Shown: positions 28,686 to 43,860 of the stretch, piece after piece
Layout: every line of letters starts with the position of its first letter
Numbering within the stretch: the stretch's first letter is position 1
Position numbers and translations under genes: made by a program
Assembly (NCBI RefSeq): GCF_006345805.1
Contig: NC_042997.1
Coordinates: forward strand, 124,186,001-124,250,000
Length of the DNA: 64,000 bases
From: Octopus sinensis
Taxonomy: Eukaryota
Direction of reading: 5' to 3'
Notes under the pieces: model-generated
What the model saw: only the letters and a program-made list of their open reading frames with translations
Database searches by the model: none
What the model was told of the DNA's origin: nothing

Positions 28686-29324
28686 CCAAATAAGAATATC
28701 ACTCCGTCGAAGAAACACTCTTCACAAAGAACAAATCCACCACCCACAATACAGACAGATACAGGTCAGTGAACGCATACATAGTTGTGCTAGGAAACTT
28801 AATCCTAATTTCCTAATTTTCCGCTTCTATCAATGTTTACAGAATACCTCAGTACATCAAAGAATGAATAATCAAGCAACTTTCATCATTGAATATCATC
28901 CACAACTGAACATGAACACAACATAATACAGAACACTACTAATCTTACCCCCAATGCCACTAACACCTATACATTCCTGATACCATTCATATTACACTAT
29001 CATATCGACCCTGATTGCATCATGTCCAGAACTACATACATCTCTTACACAATCTTTTTACTCAGGGACTTGTATACCCGACACCGTTTGATAATATGTG
29101 CGCATTCAAAGCCAGTAAACAGCAATGACGACACCGGTTTGACTTTGAATCTCTTTAACAATTCAAAATAATCAATTTAATCCCTGTTAATACTACCTCA
29201 GTTCATCTAATTGTATTTATTAATCGCTAATTTTCATAGAAAAGCCTTACTTTTTTCATATTCAATGTGCATTTTCTTACTTTCCATATATCTTTTCACG
29301 TGTAGTTTCTATCTTTTTGAAACA

Positions 29325-29377
<53 letters not shown>

Positions 29378-30267
29378 ATATATATATGTATATATATATA
29401 TATACCGCTTGAATGTTACCTTACATCTTATGGTTTTTCTCATTAGGAGAGTTATAAATGTTCAACTGTCTCTTAACAAGCTGATGATATTTCCGATTTT
29501 AATTAGTGAACGTCAAGTTTACGAAACATTTTATGGCTTTAACAAAAATACTAATAACTTTTACTTGAAAACCTCAGTGTGTATACGTTTTTTTCAAAAT
29601 TCTCATTCTGAACAAGTGTTGTCACACATCTATATTCTTGTCACTCTCAGACAATTGAAGTGTACCTTAGTTTCCTTAGGTTGTATTAATATATGATATG
29701 CGTTGTGAATTAATGAACACACGTACTTAGTCTCAAGTAGACAGTTATTAATATCGACACAGTTGGAGAAGATATGAAATTAATTGTATTTCATTCATTT
29801 TTCTTCACCTATTGTGAGTTTTAATAATGACAATATAGTTAAAAATTACTAGTGTTATGAATAATATGCATATAGTTGAATGTAGGGATGGATAGATGGA
29901 TGCATGGATGGATGAGTTTATGAACGCGCGCCTGTCGTTGTTCCTACATTATGTTCTATCAGCTTAATGGGGAAACGTGATTATCCAATACTTTCCCAGA
30001 AATTGAATGAGTTGAATTATATCCATAATTCCTTCTCCTTTGAAAATCTTGCGTGAGCAAGAAATTCTAGGGAATTTCGGACTGAGAGAATGTGACGGTG
30101 TGTTCGTAATTCTGATGGGAAAATAAAATAAGACTGTATATAGAATAGCTCGAATACAAGGACTGCAAGAATTTTTTATATCTTATCGCATGAGGCTTTG
30201 AGAGATTTTTAGCAGAATAGCAATCGAAATATTATATATGATAATAATCCATATATTGTTAAATTCA

Positions 30268-30688
30268 TTTTTCTTTTATTTGTTTCAGTCATTTGAATGC
30301 GGCCGCTCTGGAGCACCGCCTTTGGTCTCACAAATCGACCACAGGACTTATTCTTTGTAAGTCTAGTACTTATACTATTGGTCTGTTTTGCCGAACCACT
30401 TAGTTACGGAGACGTAGACAAATCAACATTGGTTGTCAAGCAACGGTGGGGTCACAAACACAGACACAAAAACATATACACACACACATACCTACATACA
30501 CACACACACGTATATATATATATACGAGGGGCTTCTTTCAGTTTCCGTCTAACATATACACTCACAAGTCTTTTGTCGGCCCGAGACTATAGTAGAATAC
30601 CCGTGCCCAAGGTGCCACGTAGTGGGACTGAACCTGGAACCATGTGGTTGGTAAGCAAGCTTCTTACCATACAGCCATGCCTGCGTCT
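30268..30688 (-). mobile_element. tRNA-derived SINE family A, full length
   Basis: Reverse complement of the 23585 copy from the tail (TTGTTTCAGTCATTTGA) to the head (CAGCCATGCCTGCG). Confidence 0.92.
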
Positions 30689-31328
30689 GGTTACCTGAAT
30701 TTTGCCATAATCTCTCAAGATCCATCATACAAGTAAGAGTCAAGAATAAAACCTATATGATATTTACTAATAGTGGAACCACATTCCTTTTTTTGCAGTT
30801 TGCCACAACTGTTCCTCAGACAGCTGTAACTTTCGCCAACACTCATTGCCTTGATATTTCAAGCATTAATACATTTTATGTTGTCTCGTAAAAGCATATT
30901 TTTGTAGCATTTAAGATCGTCTTGCTCGAGCGTTTTCCTTTATATCTCTGACGTATAAGTTGAGGAGATCTGTATTTGATCCCAGTGTTTCCCCCTCTGT
31001 CCCTCTCTGTCTCTCGCTCTCTCTCTCTGTACGATTATGTTGGATTTTCTATATATGTACACACACACATTTGTATATATTTATGAACATATTTATAAAA
31101 GTATGTTCACGTAAACACGCACACTCATACATACTCACACATACACACATATACACGAGGAGCGGGCAGCTTGTTAATGTCTTCAGGAAGGCACATCACA
31201 TCATTTCATGTCACTTTAGCTTAATCAGATCTAGAGGGTACATTCTCAGTATTTGTGCAGCTGTTTGACCCTCCAGCTATCTTATTTTCAATGATCCACT
31301 GTCTCAAAGTTCAGAGAATCTAGAAGTA

Positions 31329-32204
31329 TTGGATCATCCCATAAATAATGCGGTTTTTCAATTGCAGGAACTAAAAGTCTGAGGTAGACGGGATAATCTA
31401 CCTGCATCAACATGCTATAAAAGCAGTTAGTAATTTTACCTTGTAATTATTCTTGGTGCAAGTGTTGAAGAGTGCACTTCGATTTTAACAGTTATTTTTT
31501 CAAAGCTGTACTGGAAGTGACAAAGGAGCATATTCGGCATATTTTACTTTATGTGTCCAATAAAGGCAACAACGCAATGGAAAGTGCTAGGAATATTAAT
31601 GCAGTATATGGCGATGGGACAATAAGCGTAAGCCAATATCAGCTGTTGTTCCAGAAATTCCGAAGACGAGCCTCATCCTTGAAGTTCTGTAGGGATCGAC
31701 GAGGATGTCCTGGAGGAACAAAATCCCATTGTAACTGTTGAGAAACTAGCAGATAATCTTGGATTTGATCATTCAACTAGACATTTAAGTCAGCGCTAGA
31801 AGCAAAACGGCCATCTTTGGTTTCAAGACGAAATGTGTTCTTCCATCAGGATAATGCTCGGCTACATACACCGAAGATGACATTCCAAAGGTTAGAGCAA
31901 TTTCAATTGAAAACGATGCCGTATCTGTCATATTTGCCGGATATTGTCGCATTTGATTATCATTTATTCCGCAAATTTAAAAATCATGAATTCTGTAGAA
32001 GAGGTCAGAACAGTACTACAGGAGTATTTTTCGTTACGAACATGTGAATTTCTGATGAGGGGTCTGGAGGTCTACCAGGTAGATAGAAGAGTATTGTAGA
32101 AAATGAATGAGAGTATATTTCAGATTTAAAGACAACTTTGTTTATCTTAATTTTCAAAAATAAAAGAAATATAAAAAAATAGCATTATTTATGGGATGAC
32201 CCAA
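31329..32204 (+). mobile_element. Mariner transposon, internally deleted, TA target duplication
   Basis: Termini TA|TTGGATCATCCCATAAATAATGC and GCATTATTTATGGGATGACCCAA|TA. Transposase relics include EVTKEHIRHILLYVSNKGNNAMESARNINAVYGDGTISV (N-terminal HTH) and FHQDNARLHT...SYLPDIVAFDYHLF (degenerate HDNARPH and YSPDLAPxD). Confidence 0.93.
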
Positions 32205-32334
32205 TAATATGTGGCTACTCGCGAGAATATAAAGGTCTAAAACAATGAGTGGAAGCATAGTACAGCCTAGTGACTGTCGCAGTATATATGCATAGAAGAG
32301 TATATAAATATGTATGTATGTGTGCAAGTAGAGA

Positions 32335-32368
<34 letters not shown>

Positions 32369-32471
32369 TAAACATGCAGACAAATAGAGAGACAGACAGA
32401 AACAGACTGACGTAGACTGACAGAAGCAATTAGACATACGTACATGCATAAAAGTATATAAGGGTGACCTC

Positions 32472-32765
32472 CACCTTTTGGTCATGAATGGCTATGGGAT
32501 TCCACCTAGAAAGTTACCCTCCGAGGCACAAGTCCGCACAAGGTTGTTTATGGAAGACTAGCAGTCGTCCATGCAATACCAGCCTCCCCTGTCCACGCGG
32601 CCAATGTTATCCAAGGAAAAGGCAAAGGCGGATAAATGTTGGCGGATAAAGTGACTCATTTCTACAGCTGAGTGAACTGGAGCAGTGTAATATAAAGTGT
32701 CTTGGTCAAGAACACAACACGCAGCCCGGTCCGGGAATCGAACTCACAACCTCACGATCGTAAGC
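32472..32765 (-). mobile_element. tRNA-derived SINE family C
   Basis: Minus-strand B-box GTTCGATTCCC, then TTGACCAAGACACTTT...CAGTTCACTCAGCTGTAGAAATG. Colinear with the copy at 62028-62347. Confidence 0.85.
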
Positions 32766-32919
32766 TACATGCAAGTATATACATACATATAGTTGAAATT
32801 TATAGACAAATAAAAGACGGAGACAGGTGTATGAACAACAAGGAAGTGTATGAGTTTGACGCAGGGGAAAATGAAAACGTGTTTTACGCTTCCAGCGTCC
32901 GCTGGAAACACGTAGGTAT

Positions 32920-32990
<71 letters not shown>

Positions 32991-33369
32991 ATATCTTTAT
33001 ATTTATATATACATATATGTATATGTATATATGCATAAATACACACACACACACATATATATATATATGCATTATTGACAACGAAATTGTAAAGTTAGTT
33101 TTAAATAGTATTAAGAATATACAAAATGAAGACTTTATTAAAATATAAACAATTTAAATGAAAGATATTATTGAAATGCTAAGTGAACTAGTTGATCAAT
33201 GTTTGTAAGTGTATGTATGGACGCGCATTTCTGAATTTCTTCATGAATACAGATGTAAATCAGTATATATTCCTTCTATTATTTACACCGTCAGGACAGG
33301 TAACAGCATGAAGAAGGGATGTAACGAAGCTATTCCTTGAATAGAAATCAGAAAATGAGTGGCAGCCTA

Positions 33370-33460
33370 CGAAATGCTGTCAATATAATTGACTAAAATC
33401 TGTGAAAGCCGTGCCCCAGCATGATTGCAGTCTAATGACTTGCAGCCTGTAAAACAACTT
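33370..33460 (+). mobile_element. Degenerate SINE family A 3' tail fragment
   Basis: AAAGCCGTGCCCCAGCATGATTGCAGTCTAATGACT resembles AAGGCGGTGCTCCACCATGGCAGCTGTCAAATTACT in the 23585 copy. Confidence 0.55.
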
Positions 33461-34504
33461 TTGATAGTTCCTATAATGTCAATAAGTGTGAGAAATACTC
33501 GCTGTTAAATAATGTTAACGTATTCATGTCTTTACAGTAACTTTCTAACACCAGCTAAGAACATTTTCTTTTTCTAACTAGAAATGTCATTTTTATCGAT
33601 TCGATCGTACACATTTTATGCAATGGAATGAATAATGCATATATTCAATGCTGTTATTTTTATGTTTTCTTATTTACGTATCTCTTTTTTTCTTACATTC
33701 AAACTCTATTCGCCATCTTAACAAATTACATGTTGAAATCTTTTCAAAACTCAAGATATGATCTTGATATATACTGGATCTTGTTCGGTCATATTCATAA
33801 GGTTATATATTATTGGATACTGTATAATTTTTATGCGGCTTTTTCAAGGAAGAGAAAATATTCTCTATTACTATTTTTCAGGGGCACCAAGATCGCTATG
33901 GAGAAGAGAGTAGTATGCCTACATAATTTGTGAAAATCGCTAAAACCCAACAGGGTAATTCTAACTCAAAGAATTGAATAGAATGTCAGTAGTAATATCT
34001 CATTGATAGTTATTACATTTTTATAGTTTCTTCAGTAAAGGCAACATATAAACATACAAATTAAAATGGACATTGAAATGAATGTAATATATAAATGTGT
34101 GGATATGATACAATGGTGTGCAATAAAATGCATAACATTTAGTCATTATTGCTGCATGCTTCATAAAATATAAACCAACAATGAAACTTTCTAATAAATT
34201 ATCTATACCTTATGAAAGTTTGTCGAAAATTTATCACTATTCAGCTATATGTATCTATACATCAATAGTTTGTATATATACATATCAACCTTCCCCGTCT
34301 CTTCTTACGCACGCGCATTAACACACACACACATAAGAATGAGTGAATAAACCAAATAAATAGGTTTTCATTCGGCCATTTGCAACTTAAATATTTGTAG
34401 CTACATCACACGAATGTAGCTCGTAGCCGGAGACTGGCGTGCTTGTATCCTGTAATGAGCCTACGAAGCTTTAATTTGCAAGGGGCTGAATCAAATACTA
34501 TCTA

Positions 34505-34512
34505 AAATAATG

Positions 34513-34586
<74 letters not shown>
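34505..34586. repeat. (AAT)n microsatellite
   Basis: Direct reading. Confidence 0.95.
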
Positions 34587-34588
<2 letters not shown>

Positions 34589-35769
34589 ACTTATATATAT
34601 ACGCGCGCGCACCCCCATACACACGTATGCATGTGTGTATGCGTGTGCCTGTATGTATCTATGCAACATCAGCATGATACACTTTAAATGATTTACAGGT
34701 GCCCTCCATAGCTAAATAGAATTAGTGACGTGTATTATATGAAAGAAAAACATCTGCTGGTAAGCTTATTTTAGCTTAAAGCTAATGAATTGATCAAATA
34801 AATTCTGAACTTAAGAACCACAATATTAATTTCCAGCACACGATCAGCTCTTGTCAAGGATGTATCAGATGATACGCTTTCAAGTTGTGATTATCTTGCA
34901 TTTTCAAGACGAGTATATATCGCAAAGAATGTCTTCCACGATTTTCTTTCTTAATGTGTTTTTTTTTTCTTAGCTGAATGTCGATTCGTTTATTATTTCT
35001 GGCAAATATAGAAGTAAGGATCCCAAAGAGAGGGGAATGCTTAATTAGACTAGGATTCTCGTAGGTCATATAAATATATCTAAATTTAATATTGTTCTAT
35101 ATGGCTCCATGCTATAAGTAAATATTCTTTTATTTATAAGGCTAATATGGTCGCATTTTAAACTTTATTCGTTTCTCCAGATTGAATCTAATTGTAAATT
35201 CTGTTAGGAAATTTAAATACATAACTCAATACCAATTGCAACTGTCGGTATAAGATAATAAAACGCCTTGAGATTACAGTGTTAAACTTAATATAAAACA
35301 TCAGCTGTCATAATACGCTCTAGATTTATTGCATATCCTGTTTTATAAGAGTTTTAAGCAATAAATTTCGAAGTCCAGATGGCAGTAGTCGTAAGCATAA
35401 ATCCTGGTACAAGAAGACATAATTAAAATATTCGGTAAGAATTTCAACTTAATTTCTTTAGGCGTTAATATTAAAAGGTGCATAAGGTAAAGAGCAGCTG
35501 CTATTTGGATTGATCACGGTAACATATGAACAGATTCAGCTCCAGGTATATGAGATGTGCATACGCAAAGTGTATCTTTCAGCAAATGTTTTGTGTACAA
35601 GTTCCTTCCTTATCAACAACGGAAAAATATTAATGTCACCTACCCGCAGGATATATGCTCATATTTTATATGAATAAAATATGTACATTTCGTATTCATA
35701 TTCAGAGAAATATATTCAAATGTAGTTTATAGATTGTGTACTAAACATAAGCACACAATACACATAGAT

Positions 35770-35824
35770 ATGTTTGTATGTATATATATATATGTATATT
35801 TATTTATATATATATATATATATA

Positions 35825-35880
<56 letters not shown>

Positions 35881-35929
35881 ATATATATATGTTTGTATAT
35901 ATATATATGCATGTTTGTATGTATGTATG

Positions 35930-35971
<42 letters not shown>

Positions 35972-36001
35972 TAATATACATACATTCATATATATATATA
36001 T

Positions 36002-36034
<33 letters not shown>

Positions 36035-36060
36035 GCATATATATATATATATATCAATAT
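35770..36060. repeat. Mixed (TA)/(TG)/(TATG)n array
   Basis: Direct reading. Confidence 0.9.
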
Positions 36061-37216
36061 GATGGTAGGAAACCTTATTTAACATATTGCTTACACAAAA
36101 ATGTCTTTTTGTGCATGGAAATGCCGCTTATATTGAGTAATCTAATGAATATAGTGACACATTCTGACGAATAGAACGCCTGTGTGCAGGCTTATTACAT
36201 AAGCCAACCAATTACATAGAAATACGCATACACACACATATCTTTGTATGTATATATATAGATATATATATATATATGTATGTATGTATGTACATTTATA
36301 CATATATTGAAGAAGAGAGAGAGTAACGTTACGTCAAAAATTGGAAATATATATATATATACATATATTACAAAAGTATGTGTCTTATTCGTTATTATAT
36401 TCGCGTATGTACGTCTATATATAGAGAGATTTGTCTCAATGACGCACATGCCGTTATGAATAGATGCAGTAAATAATCTATCTTGTCCCTATTAATATCT
36501 GAATTTTAATAAATTGTCGCCTTGCTTAGAGGTCTTAGAGCTGCAATTTCTATTAAATATCTTGTATACAATTCGATGTAGTATTGTTTACAGTAAGAAA
36601 GTGCTATCTACATAGATATATGTATTCCCAAAAATACATATATTATGTTCTCTTCCTGCATTGCCAATAAGGGATATTGTATGTATATATATATATGGAT
36701 GGATGGGTTGGATGGATGGATAGATGTACGTACGCACGTGTTTGTGTATATATGGTTGTGTGCTTTTGTGTAGAGAGATATAGACACATACATATTTAGA
36801 TACATACATACATACATCAACTATATTAATGGATGTTACATTGATTTCATATAGAATCCGTTTCTAATTATTGATTTCTTATTTTAGGGATAAGCTCGCA
36901 CATTGTCGAATAATAGAAACAAAACGAAAAGCTGGATTCTGCCGAATCAATAAAATTTCGTAGGTGACAGTGTGGTCTGTACACTGACCGTCTTGAAATT
37001 GTATACTGAGAGTGTCCGGTTTCGTGACTCCATTTGCAGATATCCCGAAGCTAATTGAAAGACAGTGAGATAATTTGTCCTTAGACATTAAAACATGGCA
37101 AAGATATCGTCTTTGTTTGCAAGAAGAGGATTCTTCTAAATGTAACTAAAAAGCAGATGATGTTATACCAGGTGATTGAGTGGATTTACTAAACAGGTTT
37201 TGATTGAGATTATATA

Positions 37217-37461
37217 TTGGGTCATCTATACTTCTTTCATTTTTCTAAGTTAAGATAAACAAACTTCTTTTTAAATCTAAAATATATCCTCTATTTTCTA
37301 CTATTCTCTTCCATCTATCTGGTAGAATTGCAAGACCTCACTTCCAAAATTAATTTGTCCTTGAGGAAAGATACTCCTCTGCCTTTTCTACAGAATTCAT
37401 ATTGTTTCCGTCTTTTAGTTCATGCAATTGAAAAAACTGCATTATTTATGGGATGACCCAA
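37217..37461 (-). mobile_element. ~245-bp MITE derived from the mariner at 31329-32204
   Basis: TA|TTGGGTCATC...GATGACCCAA|TA. About 180 bp match the reverse complement of the mariner right end (TTAAGATAAACAAA, TTTAAATCT, TTCTACAGAATTCAT), and the last ~40 bp match its left end. Confidence 0.88.
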
Positions 37462-40400
37462 TATATTCATACAAGAAGCTGCACTTCGAAGGAATTTAAG
37501 TTTAGAGAGAAAAGTTATATAAGTAAATAACCTATACGAATTCATCGGCCAATTAGAATTATTGCCGATTGAGTCGGAACTGATCGTAATTGAAAAATCA
37601 AGTATTAGTTGTGTATACTTTTCTGGTTTCGTTCTGTGAGAAATGATATGACTCAAGATATTTGCTGGTACACTAACATTACTAGTCTTGAAATGAATTC
37701 TAAAAAATTATCAGTTTTAATATGCAGCAGGAAACATGATTTTCCTATTATCGTTAAACCGCAAACCGGAACGGAAAGTTTGAAAATGAGAAGACTCTGC
37801 TAAAGATATCACAATTTATCGAAGGTAATGGTAAAATATGCAGAAGGTAAGGGTTACGGCCCAGGGATTCTCTTCAATTTTCATCTGTCCAATTTCTTTG
37901 ACAAGGCTTTGGTTAGCAAGAGGTCATGGGAAGTGACATTCCTTGGAGGATTATTTAAATCTAGCCGGACACTGGATGTCTTTGAAGTGAACTTCCAAAG
38001 CACGCAAGCATGTTGGCACTAATCACTTTTTATACAGACGTATATACGATGTGGAAGCGTGAGTTCCGAGGGCATTGCTTTATTTGTCTGTCAATGAAAT
38101 GGTTGACAGTTTATTGTTTCAGTGATAGTTCCTGGACATATAAAACTATTCCCTGTGCTATATTATATCAGCACTGCTTTACCATAGAGAGATCTAATAA
38201 CATTAATAATTTTCGAGTGTATATGATATCAGACAATCAGTAAATTTCTTAGTTTCTTTTCTCACCAACAATATTCTTGTGTCCATATCCATGGAAAGGA
38301 AACCCAATTTTCGCAGATCTCATCTACTTCGTTATTAGCAGATCCAACAGAATTAAATATATTACCAATGAGGGGAACATCTAAGTTACTGTTCCGCCCA
38401 TTTGATACAGCAATAAAATTCCAACAAATCACGGCCTCTACAGACTTAAAATATAGCAACACACGTAGAATAATGTAGATTAAGATACACTGTGTCTCAA
38501 ACCAAAATGATGGCATATTCCTAGCTTGAAAGCTTTCAAATCTACGTCTGTCGAATCAAACGTGGCCTAGGATTAAATAACAACAAATCATATATATATA
38601 TATATCGTATTGGCCATTGGTGTACTCCAGATCTTGTTTTTAATTCCCCTAGGATAGACCGTCGTAAATGTCACTCCCGTAGATTAATACAATTCCCGCA
38701 TAAGTAATATAGAAATGTTATGAAATGATTTAAAGTAGAAATTTCGAACCTGATATCTCGCTGTAATCATTTCATACTCTTGTAGTCACCGTCACCACAT
38801 ATTGAATGTACCAGCCAGTTCTTTAAGATTCACAAGAAGTGAAATTTAAATTATATCCTATACACATTACGTGATAGGGATAAATTAAACTGATTAAATT
38901 ATTCTCCGTTATATTGGTCCCGCTTAGAGTTTGCTGAGATTATGGAGACTGTACATCATTAATTAGAGAATTAAATATTTTGTCTCTGAGGTAAGATCCG
39001 GTTGATATCAAATGTTTCATTTATACGTGGTCAGTAAGAACTAGTTACAGATCGTGCTGATATAATCAAATATAATCCACGCTTACAAAATGTGATTTCT
39101 GACACGCGTAACTGAAACGAATACATGATATCTAGCTGTAGACGTATATATTTCTTTCTCACAATGGAAACGTAATAGTTTTAAACTGGTAAATGAAACC
39201 CAACGAAGTAATTATATACTGCACCTATCATAAATGCAGTTTTACCCACATACTAATAAGTATATATCGGAAAATATATTTGTTTCTCTGATGTAAACAG
39301 CGGTAGTAGAGAAACATTGATGATTACTAGGGTTCTCGAATCTTATGTTCTCCCAATAATATATGTTTCCACGCTCGCCAGAGGTATAAATTGAAGAGAG
39401 TTCCCACTGTAGAAATTAACTTTTCAAATCCGATGATAGTTTTGGGATTTCCTTTTGAAGGTTTGTGTATATAGCAACTGCTCTGAACAAGATATGTAAT
39501 TATTAATCTAATGTAGGACCCGGTGGTGTATTTAATTTACAAGCAGCTGCTAGAGGATAGAGTAATTTATGACTCAGAGGAAGAGGTATAATCTTTGTTA
39601 AGTAATCTTCAGTATATGAAATATACGCAGCCGGTGTCTCTTCTTTTAAAAGGTTGTTAGAGTATATAAAATTACAATGATTACAGAGATTTTCCTTACA
39701 AATACAAATACAATATTGTTATTGTGTGTCTTTGATATAATAAATTATTTAGCACAGGTGTTTTTGACGGAGGCCAGCTGTTCATGTAAACGTTGTTGGA
39801 AGCTTTTATATGATTAGAGCTTCTGAAGTAGTATAAAGGTTGTGTATATATTATAATTTTAGATTGAACGTAACTGCAATTACGTCGTTGATACAAAGAA
39901 ACAAGAGTGTAGTACTGAATACGGAGGAACATCGAAAACCTGAAGGACTCAAGAAGAGATGTAATGAAAGCCAAAGTTATAATATGAGAATGAGATTTCG
40001 TCAGTATTGATAAATTAATACGAAACAAAAAAGAATTTGTTTTACTTGTTAGTTTTTAAATCAAAAGAAACATGTTTAAGAAGTAGAGGACTAGACGACA
40101 TTAATTTCAGTGTACTTGCAATAGAACTAGCGGGATAAGACAAAAAAATGTGTATACTATTTCATTTATCTTCGAATCCAGAAGCTATCTATTTCCATAG
40201 AAGCCTTACTGGCGTTCGCTCAGGAGTCAACATGATTCAAACTGATAAAAAAGATGCTATAGAATTGTACAAGAGTAAAAAGTCATCAATCTGCAGTGCA
40301 AACATTTAATGAGCCACGGTCATATAAATGTATAATGAATTACTTCTAGCTACGTGCTTGCCGAGGAGGCAATATATTTATCGGTAATATTTCCGAAGTG

Positions 40401-40509
40401 TAACAAATCACCAATGTGTAAAGATATATTTAATTAAATACATGCACAAACTCACACACGCGCATACACTAACACACACAGATGTATATATATATGTATA
40501 TGTGTATTT

Positions 40510-40561
<52 letters not shown>

Positions 40562-40681
40562 TATATATATATGTATATGTATATACATACATATTTATAT
40601 ATATATATGCATACATACATATATACATAGAGAGAGAGGGAGAGAGACAGAGACAGAGAAAGAGAAACAGAGATACATACG

Positions 40682-40722
<41 letters not shown>

Positions 40723-41127
40723 GTTGCTCTTTACACATTCGACTACCATTCCGCATGTTAATAAATTAGAAAAAGTGCAATGTAGAGTGTCCATGAAATT
40801 GAAATTTCAGAAAATCCGATTAATGAAATTATTTCCTGAGAAGCAAATACAGGCAAAAAATCCCGTGTTATGAGAGGTGACCATATATTTAACCACGTGA
40901 TACACATAGCACTACGCCCGTTTCGCAACCTTCTTCATGCTGTGTTAATTTTAGTTTAGAAGAAATTAGGCGCACGTTTGCATTAACATATGTGCACAAC
41001 ATTATGCAATACATTTGTGCACTCATTAATTAAGGAGAATAAAGAGAGGTAGCTCAACAGCTCGTCATGATATCTGGTTTAGGTAAACAATTCAGCGCTA
41101 AACATACACATAAACACACCTCTTTTG

Positions 41128-41159
<32 letters not shown>

Positions 41160-41276
41160 CATATATGGAAGGCCGAAACTGGACATAATTAAATTGATTT
41201 TGACAGTAAAAATAAAGATGTGTTATTTTGGTTCTAAGTATCAACTAACCTAACACACACACACACACACACATGT

Positions 41277-41490
41277 TCTTTTCTACCCTAGGCACAGGGC
41301 CCGAAAATTTCGGGGAGAGGGCCATTCGATTAGATCGACCCCATTACGCAACTGGCACTTCATTTATCGACCCCGAAGGGATCAAAAGCAAAGTTGACCT
41401 CGGTGGAATTTGAACTCAGAACGTAAAGACAGACGAAATAGCGTTAAGCATTTCGCTCGGCTTCCTACCATTTCTGCCAGCTCGCCGCCT
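41277..41490 (-). mobile_element. tRNA-derived SINE family B, near full length
   Basis: Minus-strand head GGCGGCGAGCTGGCAGAAATGG (A-box) and GTTCTGAGTTCAAATTCC (B-box), with body GGGGTCGATAAA...GGGGTCGATCTAATCGA. Related copies lie at 54197, 57385 and 57517. Confidence 0.88.
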
Positions 41491-41495
41491 TCATA

Positions 41496-41516
41496 CACAC
41501 ACACACACACACACAC

Positions 41517-41580
<64 letters not shown>
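41496..41580. repeat. (CA)n(CT)n microsatellite
   Basis: Direct reading. Confidence 0.95.
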
Positions 41581-41581
<1 letters not shown>

Positions 41582-43860
41582 CAGAAATACAGCCTTATGT
41601 ATATACACTAAATAATATCGTTATATGAATTTGGAAATGTATCTAGATGCATAAATATAATTGAAATAGTGAAACAGGACCTGCCGCATATGTTAATAAT
41701 TCTCGTTTTATAAGATTTAAGTAAATTAAATGTGCATTTGTCCAATTCATAATTACCGTTGAACGTTAAATAAATGCTATATGCACACAGACACATGCAC
41801 GTATATTTACATATCTGTGTGTTCGTGTGTTTGTGTGTGTGCATGTATGTGTGTGTGCATGTATGTGTGTGTGTGTGTGTATGTGTGGTGTGTGTGTGTG
41901 TGTGTGTGTGTGTTTGTGTGTGTATAAGTATCTATTCTACGACTTCTTTGCTTTAAGAGAGTGTGGGAAAATGTGTGCTTTTGAAACAGATTGAAACGAC
42001 ATATGAAGATTCACCAAATGAACACTGTAGCACTTATTCATGCAAGAGGCGCACATCATTGCCATACCGGTACAAAATAGTGAAGGTCCCTGTTATTAAC
42101 ACTGCGCTGCTCTTGTTTAAGAGAATACTCAAGCGAACGATTTACTCGAAATCGAGATCCAGCCGTCATTTACGTATATAAGTTTCTATGTATATATATC
42201 AATTTCCTGTTCAGATCTTTATATTTAGGTAATTTGAGTGCTCCGTTATCATCATCTAAAAATGATACTTAAGTTAGGAACCACTTTTATTCTTTTTAGT
42301 ACTTGCGGAAAATATTTGGCTATTTTTCTTGATCTCAATGTCTGTATGCATTGGGATATTCTAGAGTGCTGTCGCTTTGTCTTTGTCAGAGACGTTTTCT
42401 TTTGTATACAACCCATAATATTTATTACTAATTCATAAAGCTGTTGTAACTTCTAGTAGCTAAATGTCCCTGCTCCGATTTATTCTAGCTTGACTAAGAC
42501 GGAATAGCCAGAGTCAATGCTATAAATTATTTCAGAACCAACTCCACACATTAAGCAATTCGGCTTCATTTCATGCACTTTAATGGTTTCTACAGAGGAG
42601 GCTTTCATAGTTTAAAATACAGCACTTCATAGCCAATATGGAATGTTTTTTTTCTTCTTTCCCCCACCATGTTCGGCTTCTTCAGATTTGGCCATGTAGG
42701 GATTTTTCTTGCTTTCCTTTAAACATGACATAATATCTAAGATGAAACATTATGCTTTGTTTTCTATCTTAGATTTTCGTTACCGCGCACCATATCTGTT
42801 GTTGCCTTCTCTTTTAATTTATACCTTTTTATTATTACCTACTTAGCTTATTTGGGAGGACAAAAAAACGAATTTCTCTTCAGTTCGTGATTCGAAACGA
42901 TAGAAATACTTGCAAGCTGGCACTACTATAGGGGACAATAAACTCGTCCTACTTACTAATCTTTTATGTTTGTTTCTTTTAATTACATCGTATTTTAATT
43001 ATTGTGCGTCATATTGTCCTAATTATTTATTAACGTGGCAATGTTTGTGCCTTGAAACTTTACTCTCTCCACTTATCTTTTGTATAACACCTTACGGGTC
43101 TCCCTACGCCTTTATATAACTTATCTGTCTCTTCAACAATAGCTTTTTGGGGTGGGGGACCTTCCTAGTTAACATCATTTCATATCTGCATGCATCTTTT
43201 CTTGCCACTGTGGCTAATAAAGAAATTTCTATTATTAATAACATCATCATCGTCGTCGTCGTTGTCGTCATCATTAACATCATCATCATCGCCGTTGTCA
43301 GCATCATCCTCATCATCATTGTTAACAAATGTTTTGTTGTCGTCGTCTGCTGTAGTATACAACTAAACCCCCTTAGATGTCACTCAGTTTTAGCTACAGA
43401 CACCGAAGTTTATATTTTCAGTAGAATGCCTCCTGTTGAATCTTAAAATGGTCACAACCTAATTGTCAAAGAAATTCATTTGCCGAAAGAAACATTGAAA
43501 CATTCGTACTGTAACTGCAGAGAAGTATTATTTTCACACATGGTTTGATTCTATAGCAATCTATTAACAATTCAAAACACCGTTATGTAAAAGGAAAAGA
43601 AAAATTCCCCTTATATAATATAAAGTTATCACTTCTTTTGCAGAAATGTTACAATGAATAAATTTCTATGAGAATGAACGCCTATAAAAGAATTTCTTCA
43701 TTTCATTTCGTTTCATTTTAGACTTTGTTCGAAATCGTACAAAGGCATTAACTATTGTGAAAGAATCATGAAATAAAAAGGAATTGCATTCATTTGTTGG
43801 TTGCTAAATAGAAAGAAACATGCTTACAGACGAAAAGAACTAGAGAGCATCGATTTTAAT

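Noticed and set aside
34450-34471. GAGCCTACGAA motif shared with 61543-61564 as a 1-bp stem II hammerhead
   Set aside because: The CUGA core is broken in both and the flanks do not align; the match is too short.
43104-43362. Asp-rich or Met/Thr-rich ORFs
   Set aside because: They derive from a degenerate (ATC/GTC)n triplet array.
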